From Squalus acanthias (Eukaryota), in assembly GCA_030390025.1 (NCBI GenBank), contig CM059432.1, forward strand, positions 3,410,001 through 3,474,000: 64,000 nt of DNA. Reading direction: 5' to 3'. Shown here piece by piece: positions 27,651 through 40,514 of the stretch (position 1 is its first letter; each line of letters begins with the position of its first letter). Position numbers and translations under genes: made by a program. The notes under the pieces are model-generated. The model saw only the letters and a list, made by a program, of their open reading frames with translations, searched no databases and had not been told where the DNA came from.

Positions 27651-28159
27651 AAAGGGGCTCATTTACAACGTCAGTGACCATTTGACCGAGGAGAGTGAAA
27701 TTTGAGTGGTCGTGCTGGATTAGGAGAGGGTTGAGGAAATTAATCTGATAACTGCTGGTAGAAGATGGTGGAGAGGCTACAATGTTGTGGAGTCAGCACT
27801 CGGATCGGAGGGGGACTGGGTAGGGTCAGGCAAAGGAGAGAAGGGGGAGGTTGAGACAATTAAGCAGATGCCCTTTGACATGAATCTTGTCATTCATGTG
27901 GAAATGACTTATGACATAATACTGGGCGGCCTGCTGGTGGCGCTGTCCAGGGAGAGTATAAATACTCGGGCATGGGCCCAGCTTGCTCAGGACATTCTTT
28001 AACAGGAACTAAGGAAGGACACAACTAGATCTCCATGTTGTAAAACAGTTGATTAAAGCCTTGTTTAACGCTTAGACCAAGTGCCTAGTAGTTTTCTTAC
28101 GTCGCCCTTGATTTTGGAGATAAAGAGAATCCAGGAGTTCCTCACACTTGATGTTAGAG

Positions 28160-29095
28160 GTGAAGTCAGGAGTGCGATGGAATACTCTCCACTTGCCTGG
28201 ATGAGGCGATCTTATCGAAACATATAAGATTGTGAGGGGGCTTGATCGGGTGGAGGCGGGAAGGATGTTTCCACTGATGGGTGAGACTAGAACTAGGGGG
28301 CATAATCTTAGAATAAGGGGCTGCCGTTTCAAAACTGAGATGAGGAGAAACTTCTTCACTCAGAGGATAGTAAATCTATGGAATTTGCTACCTCAGAGAG
28401 CTGTGGAAGCTGCGACATTAAATAAATTTAAAACGGAGATAGACAGTTTCCTAGCTGATAAGGGAATTAAGGGTTATGGGGAGCGGGCAGGGAAGTGGAC
28501 GTGAGTCTAGGTTCGGATCAGCCATGATCCTATTGAATGGCGGAGCAGGCCCGAGGGGCCATATGGCCGACTCCTGCTCCTACTTCTTATGTTCTTATGT
28601 TCTTCTGAGTGCAGCTCCAACAACAGTCAAGAAGCTCGACACCATCCAGGACAAAGCAGCCCTCTTGATTGGCACCCCATCCACCACCTTAAACATTCAC
28701 TCCCTCCACCACCGGCGTACCGTGGCTGCAGTGTGCACCATCTACAAGATGCGCTGCAGCAACTCGCCAAGGCTTCTTCGGCAGCACCTCCCAAATCCGC
28801 GGCCTCTACCACCTAGAAGGACAAGGGCAGCAGGCGCATGGGAACACCACCACCTCCAAGTTCCCCTCCAAGTCACACACCATCCTGACTTGGAATCATA
28901 TCGCTGTTCCTTCATCGTCGCTGGGTCAAAAACCTGGAACTCCCTCCCTAACAGCGCTGTGGGAGTACCTTCACCACACGGACTGCAGCGGTTCAAGAAG
29001 GTGCCTCACCACCACCTTCTCAAGGGCAATTAAGGATGGGCAATAAATGCTGGCCTTGCCGGCGACGCCCACATCCCATGAATGAATAAAAAGAA
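28160..29095 (+). mobile_element. Family-B LINE 3' region with nested CR1 3' end (about 28202-28605)
   Basis: cttgcctggatgag|...|tgagtgcagctccaac continuity matches the uninterrupted copy at 60030-60060. Confidence 0.85.
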
Positions 29096-29343
29096 AGATA
29101 GATGGGACAGTGGATATGCTGATAGAGTGAGATGAAGAGGGGTTGGCGGAGGCTCGTGTGGATCATAAACGCCGGCACGGACTGGTTGGGCCGAATGGCC
29201 TGTTTCTATGCTGTAGATTCTGTACAATGTTGCTTGAAGCTGTCAAGCCAGATCTGGAGTGAACAACTCGGGTCATTGTTTAAGGAGTCTGTAATCCATG
29301 GATTTGAGGATGGGCCGTCGTACTGAACAAAATCGTGGCGCTG

Positions 29344-29555
29344 GGAGACCTCGAGGAGTTTGGTGGGAATGAGGGAGACCTTGAGGAGTTTGGTGGGAAT
29401 GAGGGAGACCTTGAGGAGTTTGGTGGGAATGAGGGAGACCTTGAGGAGTTTGGTGGGAATGAGGGAGACCTTGAGGAGTTTGGTGGGAATGAGGGAGACC
29501 TTGAGGAGTTTGGTGGGAATGAGGGAGACCTTGAGGAGTTTGGTGGGAATGAGGG
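29344..29555. repeat. Minisatellite, 30-bp unit gagggagaccttgaggagtttggtgggaat, about 7 copies
   Basis: Six identical units at 29371-29550 plus one imperfect unit before them. Confidence 0.98.
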
Positions 29556-29689
29556 CGTCAATACATAGAAACATAGAAACTAGGAGCAGGAGTAGGCCAT
29601 TCGGCCCGTCGAGCCTGCTCCACCATTCAATACGATCGTGGCTGATCATCCAAATCCAGTACCCTGTCCCTGCTTTAATCCCCACAGTA

Positions 29690-29990
29690 CACATATCCCA
29701 CCCTACCCCCGTAACCCCACGTATTTAATTCCCCCTAACATATCCCACCCTATCCCCATAACCCCACGTATTTAATCCCCCCCTAACACTAAGGGTCAAT
29801 TTATCATAGCCAAATCAACCTAACCCGCACATCTTTGGACTGTGGGAGGAAACCGGAGCACCCGGAGGAAACCCACGCAGACACGGGGAGAATGTGCAAA
29901 CTCCACACAGACAGTCACCCGAGGCCAGCTTCGAACCCGGGTCCCTGGCGCTGTGAGGCACCAGTGCTAACCACTATGCCACCGTGTTGC
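29690..29990 (-). mobile_element. V-SINE (HE1-like)
   Basis: V-domain gggaggaaaccggagcacccggaggaaacccacgcagacacggggagaatgtgcaaactccacacagac with a tRNA-like head at about 29930-29985 and an internal duplication of about 48 bp. Confidence 0.8.
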
Positions 29991-30339
29991 AGGAGCAAGG
30001 AGCTGCTAATCAAGCCAACAAATGGGAATGATATAGTGTGTGGGAGGCAGAGGTTGGGGGGGGGGGCAGGGGGAGAAGTTAGGCATGATATCGGGACAGA
30101 ACTTGGGGTCGTTTTCTGCACAGGCAGAGAGTGAGCGTGGCAGGGTTGGAGACAGGTAGGGAAATGTGGACGGCGAGGGAGAGGAGAAAGTGATTGGGGA
30201 TGACCGTGTCAGTTATGATCTTTGGGTTGGGAGGGGAAAAATTGGCCAAGCATTTCACTTTTTACTGCTATCTACTGATCATTCAACGTGCATCGGCTGA
30301 GGCAAGATCTAGGCAGGCTTGCATGGTGAATAGGCCAGT

Positions 30340-30826
30340 GATCCAAAGTTCTGCTGCCCATGTCCTAACTCGCACCAAGTCCCACTCACCTACGTTGACT
30401 CCCAGTCCGGCAACAGCTCAATTTTAAAATTCTCATCCTTGTTTTCAAATACCTTCATGGCCTCCCAACTCCCTATCTCTGTAATCTCCTCCAGCCCTGC
30501 TACCCTCCGAGATCTCTGCGCTCCTCCAATTCTGGCCTCTTGTGCATCCCCGATTTTCATCGCTCCACCATTGGTGGCCGTGCCTTCAGATGCCTCGGCC
30601 CTAAGCTCTGGAACTCCCTCCCTAAACCTCTCCGCCTCGCTACCTCTCTTTCCTCCTTTAAGATGCTCCTTATAACCTACCTCTTTGACCAAGCTTTTGG
30701 TCACCTGTCCTAATATACTCCTTAGGTGGCTCGGTGTCAAATTTTGTTTGATAATCGCTCCTGTGAAACGCCTTGGGACGTTTTACTCGGTTACAGGCGC
30801 CGTATAGATACAAGTTGTCGTTGTTG
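30340..30826 (+). mobile_element. L2 LINE 3' fragment
   Basis: IQSSAAHVLTRTK region through the ...tacaagttgtcgttgttg tail. Confidence 0.85.
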
Positions 30827-31924
30827 TTCACAGGTCTAGATAGGTGCACAGAAGAGTCATCTGAGTGCAGTGCCAGATGTCTGCGGGAAACATGGAACCA
30901 TCTCCTATCGGGATCACCACTTGCCGGAGAGGAAGAGTTAGAGGTAGAAGCTGGTGGCAGATAAGTACTTTAAAAATCCATTTGAAGATGATGTTCAAAG
31001 TAAAAATATTCTAATTTCACAGCCCACAGCAACTGAGTAATTAAAAGTTGCAGTGAGACCAAATCACAGAGGAATATAGTGCGCCATATATCCATTTTCA
31101 TTACCTCTTCGCCTCGTTCTTTATGAGCTTGATTTTAACATATGGCGTAAACAGAAAGTATTATAAGAAAACTGAGTGGGCTGCCTAGATTACTCATGAA
31201 TAACAAGGTCATCATAAATGAGTTACGGCCATTGACTTAATCTCTCCCTAATATGATTAGCCCACTCACAGAACACAAATCCTTTCGTACTGGCCTTCAT
31301 TACACATCCTCTGAGTGTCATGACAGGAATCTGACCATTTGACCCTCATCAGCCCAGACTAGAATTTCTAACTGTGTATCTCTCTGCCTCTTATTCCCCT
31401 CGCCACTGTTTGTTACTTGATGTCTTTCTCTCTCTCTCTAACTCTCTCTCTCTTCCCGCCGCAAATTTTCTCTTCCCTCCATCACTCCACGCTTTCACGT
31501 TCTCCTTTTCTCCTGCGGCTTAATTCTCTCTCCCCACACATTCTTTGTCTGCACTCTCAATCCCTCGCTCGGTATCCATAAACCGAGCAACAGAATGCCC
31601 ACAGCTGTGCAGTCACGACAGCAAGATCAATAGGAGGGCAGTGGGAAAAATAGGAAGAGGGTCAGACAGACGTGTAGCACATTTGCAAGCCGCGGATGAT
31701 AATCAATAGCCTGGAGGGACTTCAAGGCTGTAATCTTATTTTCAGGCTTATAATGTCATCTGAACCCCCTAGATCAGGTAACCTATCTTGTTTCAGTTTC
31801 AGTACTCACTGTACAATAACAGTGGGATGGGTTAGGATACTGCAGTTAATCATTATAATATTTTGAAAAAGGATGTAGAGATTCAACTAAAACTAAAACT
31901 GAAATGATAAATCACAATGGCATA

Positions 31925-32700
31925 GGAACATAAGAAATAGGAGAAGGTGTAGACCATACGGCCCCTCGAGCCTGCTCCGCCATTCAATAAGATCATGGCT
32001 GATCTTCGACCTCAACTCCACTTTCCTGCCCGATCCCCATATCCCTTGATTCCTCTAGAGTCCAAAAATCTATCGATCTCAGCTTTAAATATACTCAAAA
32101 ACTCAGCATCCACAGCCCTCTGGGGTAGAGAATTCCAAAGATTCACCACCCTCTGAGTGAAGAAATTCCTCATCTCAGTCCTAAATGGCCGACCCCTTAT
32201 CCTGAGACTGTGCCCCCTAGTTCTAGACTCTCCAGCCAGGAGAAACAACCTCTCAGCATCTACCCTGTCAATCCCCCTCAGAATCTTAAATGTTGCAATA
32301 AGATCACCTCTCATGAAGAAAGAAAGAAAAACTTGCATTTATATAGCGCCTTTCACGACCACCGGATATCTCAAAGTGCTTTACAGTCAATGAAGTACTT
32401 TTGAAGTGTAGTCACTGTTGTAATGTGAGAAACGTGGCAGCCAATTTGTGCACAGCAAGCTCCCACAAACAGCAATGTGATAATGACCAGATCATCTGTT
32501 TTGTTATGTTGGTTGAGGGATAAATATTGGCCAGGACACCGGGGAGAACTCCCCTTCTCTTCTTTGAAATAGTGCCATGGGATCTTTTACATCCACCTGA
32601 GAGAGCAGACGGGGCCTCGGCTTAATGTCTCATCCAAAAAACGGCACCTCCGACAGTGCAGCACTCCCTCAGCACTGCACTGGCAGTGTCAGCCTAGATT
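31925..32700 (-). mobile_element. CR1 3' end (31925-32312) plus DeuSINE (32315-32700)
   Basis: ORF 32012-32338 with RGDLI...FFTQRVVNLWNSLP, followed by the Deu core. Confidence 0.85.
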
Positions 32701-33211
32701 TATTTGGAATAATGGGTGGGAGGCGGAGGAAATGAAAGCGAAGGAGAGGAAAATGCACTTGCACCATCTACATCTGCTTTGGGGGAGGCGGAGGTCATTA
32801 AAATTATAAGAAAATGAATAACAGTGTGAACAGCTCTCAGATTCACAGCTGTTCCTGTGGTGGAATGCATTATAATTGTAATAAAAACTGAAAAAAGACC
32901 AGACAAACAGCTCATACCCTTAAGTCTCTGAGGTAAATATCATAAGTCACACTCGCAGGCTGCCATACCGTAGCAAAGTGCATGCGTGTTTTAGCAACCG
33001 TCACATGAGTGTTACAATTAAAAAGTGCGAGATTGCTAAGCAGAATATCGTACTGCAAGCATTGCGTGGGACAAAGCCAGTGAACTTGGGCCAGAGAAAG
33101 GTTCAACTGGTTCCTCTCAGAACAGAATCTTCTCTGGTGATTGCTTATCAGTGAAGCCTTGTAGAGCTCGTCATCAGGCAGGAAGAGCAAATGTACTGGA
33201 AGAAGTGGAGC

Positions 33212-33578
33212 CATAGAATCTGAGAAGTTCACGGCACAGAAGGAGGCCATTCGGCCCATCGTGTCTGTGCCGGCCGACAAAGAGCTCTCCAGCCTAATCC
33301 CACTATCCAGCTCTTGGTCCGTAGCCCTGTCGGTTACGGCACTTCAAGTGCATATCCAAGTACTTTTTAAATGTGATGAGGGTTTCTGCCTCTACCACCC
33401 TTTCAGGCAGAGAGTTCCAGACCCCCACCACCCTCTGGGTGAAAAAAGTTCTCCTCAACTCCCGTCTAAACCTCCTACCAATTACTTTAAATCTCTGCCC
33501 CCTGGTTATTGACCTCTCTGCTAAGGGAAATAGGTCCTTCCTATCCACTCTATCTAGGCCCCTCATAATTTTATACAC
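33212..33578 (-). mobile_element. CR1 3' end
   Basis: ORF 33303-33620 with FFTQRVVGVWNSLPERVVEAET. Confidence 0.85.
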
Positions 33579-34212
33579 ATATAGAGGTAAGTATTTTATT
33601 CCAATTACCATTAACTTCACCCAGAAGGTCTCAGTGGCAATCAGTGCTGCCGTGAAATGCTGGCACCAAGTGGATAATTTGGCAATGAACTGTTGACATC
33701 AACAAACAGCAATGCTGTGCCCAACAACGATGTCATTCCACAAGTGCCTAAGTGTGACTTGTGATATTTCTCACACGCCAGTCAGAAACTATGCGCAATT
33801 GTTCCTGTCCTCTAATGTGTTTAAAATAAAATAAGTCGTGAAAAATCTCGTCGTCCTAACTGTAGTTAGGAGCATAGGAACAGGATAGGGGGATTAAATG
33901 TTATGGGGATTAAATACGTGGGGTTACGGGGATAGGGTGGGATATGTGTCGGTGCAGGCTCAATGGGCCGAAATGGCCTCTATCTGCACTGTGGGGATTC
34001 TGTGATTCTGTGATTTCTGTGAGGAGTTGGCCATTCAGCCCCTCCAGCCAGTTCCGCCATTCGATGGCTGATTTAGAGTTAATGGTTTCTCTGGTGCCAA
34101 ACCGTCATCGGAAGAAGATTGACCACACTAGTACCAAGCCATGAATATGGACCCATGACACAAACCGTGCACCTACATGAAAGATTACAAATAAATATGC
34201 ATAATGATTGCT

Positions 34213-34770
34213 GCAACAACAACTTATATTTATATAGTGCCTTTAACGTAGTAAAACGTCCCAAGGCGCTTCACAGGAGTGTTATCAAACAAAAGCAAAA
34301 TTTAACACCGAGCCTCATAAGGAGATATTAGGGCAGGTGACCAAAAGCTTGGTCGAAGAGGTAGGTTTTAAGGAGCGTCTTAAAGGAGGAAAGCGAAGTG
34401 GAGAGGCGGAGAGGTTTAGGGAGGGAATTCCAGAGCTTAGGGCCCAGGCAGCTGAAGGCACGGCCGCCAATGGTGGAGCGATTAAAAACGGGGATGTTCA
34501 AAATAGGCACAGCGCCGAGATCTAGGGGGCTTATAGGGCTGGAGGAGGTCACAGAGCTAGGGAGGGGCGAGACCATGGAGGGATTTGAAAACGAGGATGA
34601 GAATTTTAAAATCGAGGCGTTGCTTAACCAGAAGCCAATGTAGGTCAGCGAGCACAGGGGGTGATGGGTGAACGGGACTTGGTGTGAGTTAGGACACGGG
34701 CAGTTTTGGATGACTTCAAGTTTATGGAGGGTAGAAGTAGGGAGGCCGGCCAGGAGTGCGTTGGAATAAC
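34213..34770 (-). mobile_element. L2 LINE 3' fragment
   Basis: ORF 34328-34777: YSNALLAGLP...GGRAFSCLGPKLWNSLP...FKTLLKTYLF. Confidence 0.9.
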
Positions 34771-35089
34771 AGGGCAAAGTAAATTATCTGCCATACAACA
34801 GAGTGTCATTTTCCTAATGATATGTTAGCATCCCATGATCCATGATCCCACCATCTCCATAACTGCTCCAAAGTACTAAGAACTAGTAGGACAAAGGCAA
34901 AAATGCATATTAATTGTGCTTACTGTGTGTATTGCATGGTCTTCCCACGTGAAACCTATATAGTTATTCTCCTCTTATGCCTACGGATCCATGATAGTAT
35001 CCACTTCTGATAGCAGCACTCGTGCTGCAAGGTTGCTTGTTAAACTAGGGTCTTTAAGTGAAGTGTGAGGGGATGGTGGATCAGCAGCG

Positions 35090-35400
35090 CTCTCTCTGAA
35101 CGAGGTCTCCCCATAGTCCTATTCCCCTGTCCTTTCCCCATTCCCCCATCGCCCCTGTGCCCTCTCTCTGAACGAGCTCTCCCCATAGTCCCATTCCCCT
35201 GTCCTTTCCCCATTCCCCCATCGCCCCTGTGCCCTCTCTCTGAACGAGCTCTCCCCTCAGTCCCATTCTCCTGTCCTTTCCCCATCCCCCATCATCCCTG
35301 TGCCCTCTCTCTGAACGAGCTCTCCCCTCAGTCCCATTCCCCTGTCCTTTCCCCATTCCCCCATCGCCCCTGTGCTCTCTGAAAGATCTCTCCCATAAGT
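35090..35400. repeat. Minisatellite, unit of about 72 bp, about 4.3 copies
   Basis: ctctctgaa recurs with periods of 72, 72, 71 and 68 bp. Confidence 0.9.
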
Positions 35401-36484
35401 CCCGTTCCAGTTCCAAAATCCACGGTGGATTGTAACGTAGCCAATCATTGATCCAGCACATTATATATGTCAGAGAATCAGAGAATTGTCCGTCTGTAAA
35501 CCACATTCCTGTAAGGATTCAACTCCTTCAAAGGGAGAAAATTGGGCAGAAAATATAGTTAGCACTGACTACAGAATATAACTCTAATTATAGGGAGCAA
35601 TCACCTTCAGTTTCCAATCCTGACAAAGACTCGTAGAGTGGTGCAGCACAGAAGGAGGCCGTTCAGCCCATCGTGCCTGTGCCGGCTCTTTGAACGAGCT
35701 CTCCAATTAGTCCCACTCCCCCCTGCTCTTTCCCCATAGGCCTGCAAATCAGGTATTCATCTCGAAGTTAGATCTCCCTTCCTTGTCATCCATCATAGTA
35801 AACCATGGTGAACATTGCAGACACCTTGTTAATGGTTCTAACACTGGAGATGGTTTCACTGACCTCCTTATCCCCACATCCCTCAGCTTTGGTCTTGAAT
35901 CGAAGAGTATTACAACCTTTGTGTAACGTGGTCTCCTTACTTGGTGCTGGCCATTCACTAACTGGAACAGGTCGCGTGATGCCGTGCCATGGGCATTATG
36001 GTGGATGAGAAGGATGGAGAGGTCCATCTCAAAAGATGTTTCCCATGTTGACCATTTTCTTTGGCGACCTCAGGAGGCGGGTCAGCCGGCTTGATCGGCC
36101 CAGGGGAGCACATCAGTTCCTTATCCTTGGTGGCATAGAAGTTAGTGTGTGGCCATATCCCTGCGTCCATGTCCTCTCGCTGGATCACCAAGTTACAAGG
36201 TAGGACAAATATGACCCTTGTTGGTGCAGCTACAGCACAAAGTCCCTTCTGTTCTCCAGCCACAGTAATAGGGAATTATGGCAGGAATTTCATTATGCAT
36301 TATGCAAAAATTGTTGCATACATGTGCAGTGAGATAAAATGTACGTGCAGTGGGACAGAAATGGAATATGCATGTGTAGGTGTACATCCACACGAGGAGT
36401 CTAGAGGGGATTGTCCACAGAATTAGCTCCATGATTTTGAAAATACCAAACCTATGGGCTTTGAAACATATGGCAAATGAGAAA

Positions 36485-36942
36485 TAAAAGAAAAGAGAGA
36501 CCTGCATTTCTATAGCGCCTTTCAACGACCACCGGACGTCCCAAAGCGCTTTACAGCCAATGAAGTACTTTTTGAAGTGTAGTCACTGTTGTAATGTCGG
36601 AAACGCAGCAGTCAATTTGCGCACAGCAAGCTCCCACAAACAGTAATGTGATAATGACCAGATAATCTGTTTTAGTGATGTTGATTGAGGGATAAATATT
36701 GGCCCCAGGACACAACTCCCCTGCTCTTCTTCGAAATAGATCTTTTACATCCAGCTGAGAGAGCAGACGGGGCTTCGGTTTAACATCTCATCTGAAAGAT
36801 GGCACCTCTGACAGTGCAGCACTCCCTCAGCACTGCACTGGGAGTGTCAGCCTAGCTTTATGTGCTCAGGTTGGTGGAGTGGGACTTGAACCCACGACCT
36901 TCATGACCCAAGCAAGAGTGCTGCCCACTGAGCCACGGCTGA
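36485..36942 (-). mobile_element. DeuSINE (SacSINE1-like)
   Basis: Same family as 20207-20675. Confidence 0.85.
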
Positions 36943-37537
36943 GACATCGATTCCCCCCCCCCCCCCAAATAAACCACATTCAGCCCCCAGTGTAACCCAT
37001 GGACAAACACTTGACAACACAACTTCAGTTCTTATCTCACATATAAACATTGAATGTAATGCAAAATTGGGTATAATAATTGACTTTCACAGTACAAGTG
37101 CAGACCTCGGGACGATGGATTATTCCTAATGCAACATTTTGTTGTTAAAAACTACGTTCCAATCATTGTGATTGTAGCTTCAGCAGTCAGTGAATGAAGA
37201 TCTTGCTGACATACACAGAATCCCTCGGACCTGCTTGTAGTAATAACATTAGCCGCTATGGAGCAGATATTCAGACTGTCAGATGTGTTTATGCTGATTT
37301 ACCAGCAAGTGGAAAGGCCACTTGAGGCATTCAGGTTCCGACCAATGCAAGTTTACATATTCCGATGTAGGTCTAATGTGGCAGTAAATGTAAATTCTAA
37401 CCTACTTTCCAATATAACAAGCCGAATATGCATGCCACAATCACGTATATAAAGGCAACAGGCATTAGGATCAATAGTTTTCTCCCATATTAAGTGGCGC
37501 AGTGTCTGTAATGAACTCTCTTTGCATTGCATTGTAA

Positions 37538-38232
37538 ACTTCAGCTCATCCAAAACTCTGCTGCCCGTGTCCTAACTTGCAACAAGTCCCGTTCACCCAT
37601 CACCTCCTGTGCTCCCCCTTTATGACGCTCCCTAAAACCTACCTCTTTGACCAAGCTTTTGGTCACCTGCCCTAATCTCTCCTTATGTGGCTCGGTGTCA
37701 AATTTGTTGTCTTCCAATGCTCCTGTGACGTGCCTTGGGACGTTTTACTACGTTAAAGGCGCTATATCAATAGAAGTTGTTGTGCTCGCTGACCTACATT
37801 GGCTCCTGGTCCAGCAACGCCTCGATTTTAAAAATTCTCATCCTTGTTCTCAAATCCCTGTGTGGCCTCGCCTCCTCCCTAGCTCTGTAATCTCCTCCAG
37901 CCCTTCAACCTCCCCCCCCCACCCCGAGATATCTGCGCTCCTCTAATTCTGGCCTCTTGCGCATCCCCCCGATTTCCATTGCTCCACCATTGGCGGCCGT
38001 GCCCTCAACTGCCTAGGCCCTAAGCTCTGGAATTCTCTCCCTAAACCTCTCCGCCTCTCTCTCCTCCTTTAAGACGCTCCTTAAAACCTACCTCTTTGAC
38101 CAAGCTTTTGGTCACCTGCCCTAATATCTCCTCATGTGGCTCGGTGTCAAATTTTGTTTGATAATCGCTCCTGTGAAGCGCCTTGGGACGTTTTACTACG
38201 TTAAAGGCGCTATATAAATACAAGTTGTTGTT
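37538..38232 (+). mobile_element. L2 3' region containing a second L2 3' end
   Basis: The L2 tail occurs twice (about 37780 and 38230); VLADLHWL motif. Confidence 0.8.
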
Positions 38233-39130
38233 TTTGTATGTGTATTTTCCATACTTTATATCATAAATCTGTGCAAATTTGTCAAAGTATATCTATTGAT
38301 TTGATATGATGGAAAATGTACGTATTTCAAAAACTGCAAAGGACACTTGGTATTTCAATAAACAATTCAGTGTCTCATTAACACTGAGCTCTAACTCATG
38401 CAATCATTCCATTCTGCTATCGGCATTTATTGGCTTGGAACTCTGTTTGTCTGAATTATAGAAACCGTTATAAACGCAGTAAAGGAGACATTTACATTTT
38501 TATTGGTGTCTATCAGCTGTTGCTTGTTGCTATAGTTTATGCTTTAAGTCTGCTGCAGAGACAGTCTGCACACAGACATTTTGGGCTCCCTTTTCTACGG
38601 ACACAGGAGCAGGAGCAGGAGGAGGCCATTCAGCCCCTCGAGCCTGTTCCACCAGTCAATTAGATCACGGCTGATCTGTATCTTATCTCCGTCTACCCGC
38701 CTGGGTTCCATATCCCTTAATACCGTATCTCTTTGATCAATCGTTTTCTGTCCTAATATCTTATGTGGCCCAATGTCAGATTTTGGTGAAAACGCTTATG
38801 CGAAGCGCCTTGAGACGTTTTACTACCTTGAAGTCGCTATATAAATGCAAGTTGTTGCTGTTGTAACGCCCCTCGGGAATGGGAAGCGGAATGTAATTCC
38901 AGTCTGAAGGGACCGAGAAAGCCATTTAGTTGTGAAGCCAATCTTTATGAAGTATAGAAAGCAGACTAACTCCCACTGTCTCAAGTCAACTAGGGATGGA
39001 CAATAAATCAAGCCTTGCCAGGATTGCCCACATCCTGAGAACACATTCGAAAAATCCAAGTCGGCAGACTCTGAGGGACATGTTGCCTCTTTTTTCACTC
39101 TGTTCTCTTGCGTTTCCAGTTCCATCAGTT

Positions 39131-39595
39131 GTCAGCCGTGGCTCAGTGGGCAGCACCCTCGCCTCTGAGTCAGAAGGTTGTGGGCTCGAGTCCTACTCAA
39201 GACTTGAGCACAAAAATCTAGGCTGACACTCCCAGTGCAGTGCTGAGAGACTGCTGTACTGTCGGAGGTGCCGTCTTTCAGATGAGACGTTAAACCGAGG
39301 CCCTGTCTGCCCTCTCGGGTGGATGTAAAAGATCCCATGGCCACTATTTCAAAGAAGACCAGGGGAGTTCTCCCCGGAATCCTGGCCAATATTTATCCCT
39401 CAATCAACGGCACTAAAAACTGATTATCTGGTCATTATCACATTGCTGTTTGTGGGAGCTTGCTGTGCGCAAATTGGCTGCCGCGTTTCCCACATTACAA
39501 CAGTGACTACACTTCAAAAAGTACTTCATTGGCTGTAAAGCGCCTTGGGGCGTCCGGTGGTCGTGAAAGGCGCTATAGAAATGCAAGTTCTTTCT
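39131..39595 (+). mobile_element. DeuSINE (SacSINE1-like), full length
   Basis: gtcagccgtggctcagtggg head, Deu core, gcgctatagaaatgcaagt tail. Confidence 0.85.
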
Positions 39596-40057
39596 GTTTA
39601 TCAGTTTCTGCCAGCATACTTGCTCATCCTATGCTACTAACTTGCCTGCACCCCACCCCCGCAACAATAAAAATCCAGAGGGAGGGACAGAGGGACCCAG
39701 AGGGAACTAATCTGGTTGCCAAAAGAAATAAAGGTGTGCTGATTAAGAGGGTTGTGAGACTCAACACAACAGCAGTGAAAGGGACTGAGGAATTTGAGTT
39801 TAGAGATTGAACATGTGTAAATATTAATGAGCAGAATTTTAGATTTGGACACACGTGGATTGTAACATGTATAAAAAAAACTGGTTATTTTTTCTAGATA
39901 ATTAACAAAATTCTCTTTGAATTGATTATACAAATAGTAAATATTAAAGATGCAGGGGCAGAGCTAAAGGTTCGTAAGACATGGGGACGGAATGGTTCTT
40001 TCTGCACATATAATCTGCCAAATTGTTTTCCTTCTTCCTACCTGTCTTGTGATATAG

Positions 40058-40514
40058 AAAGAAAGGCTTACATTTATATAGCACCTCAGGACGTCCCAAA
40101 ATGCTTTACAGCCAATGAAGTACTTTTTGAAGTGGAGTCACTGTTGTAATGTCGGAAAAGTGGACAGCCAATTGTGTACAGCAAGCTCCCACAAACAGCA
40201 ATGTGATAATGACCAGATAATCTGTTTTTAGTGATGTTGATTGAGGGATAAATATTGGCCAGGACACCGGAGAGAACTCCCCTGCTCTTCTTCGAAATAG
40301 TGCCCACGGGATCTTTTACGTCCACCTGAGAGAGCAGACGGGGCCTCGGTTTAACGTCTCATCCGAAAGACGGCACCTCTGACAGTGCAGCACTCCCTCA
40401 GCACTGCACTGGAGTGTCAGCCTAGATTTTTGTGCTCAAGTCTCTGGAGTGGGGCTTGAACCCACAACCTTCTGACTCAGAGGCGAGAGTGCTACCCACT
40501 GTGCCAAGGCTGAT
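40058..40514 (-). mobile_element. DeuSINE (SacSINE1-like)
   Basis: Inverted copy relative to 39131-39595. Confidence 0.85.

Noticed and set aside
29344..29555. CRISPR-like array or repeat protein (IPTKLLKVSL)n
   Set aside because: Units are directly abutting with no spacers, the context is vertebrate, and there are no splice signals. It is a plain minisatellite.
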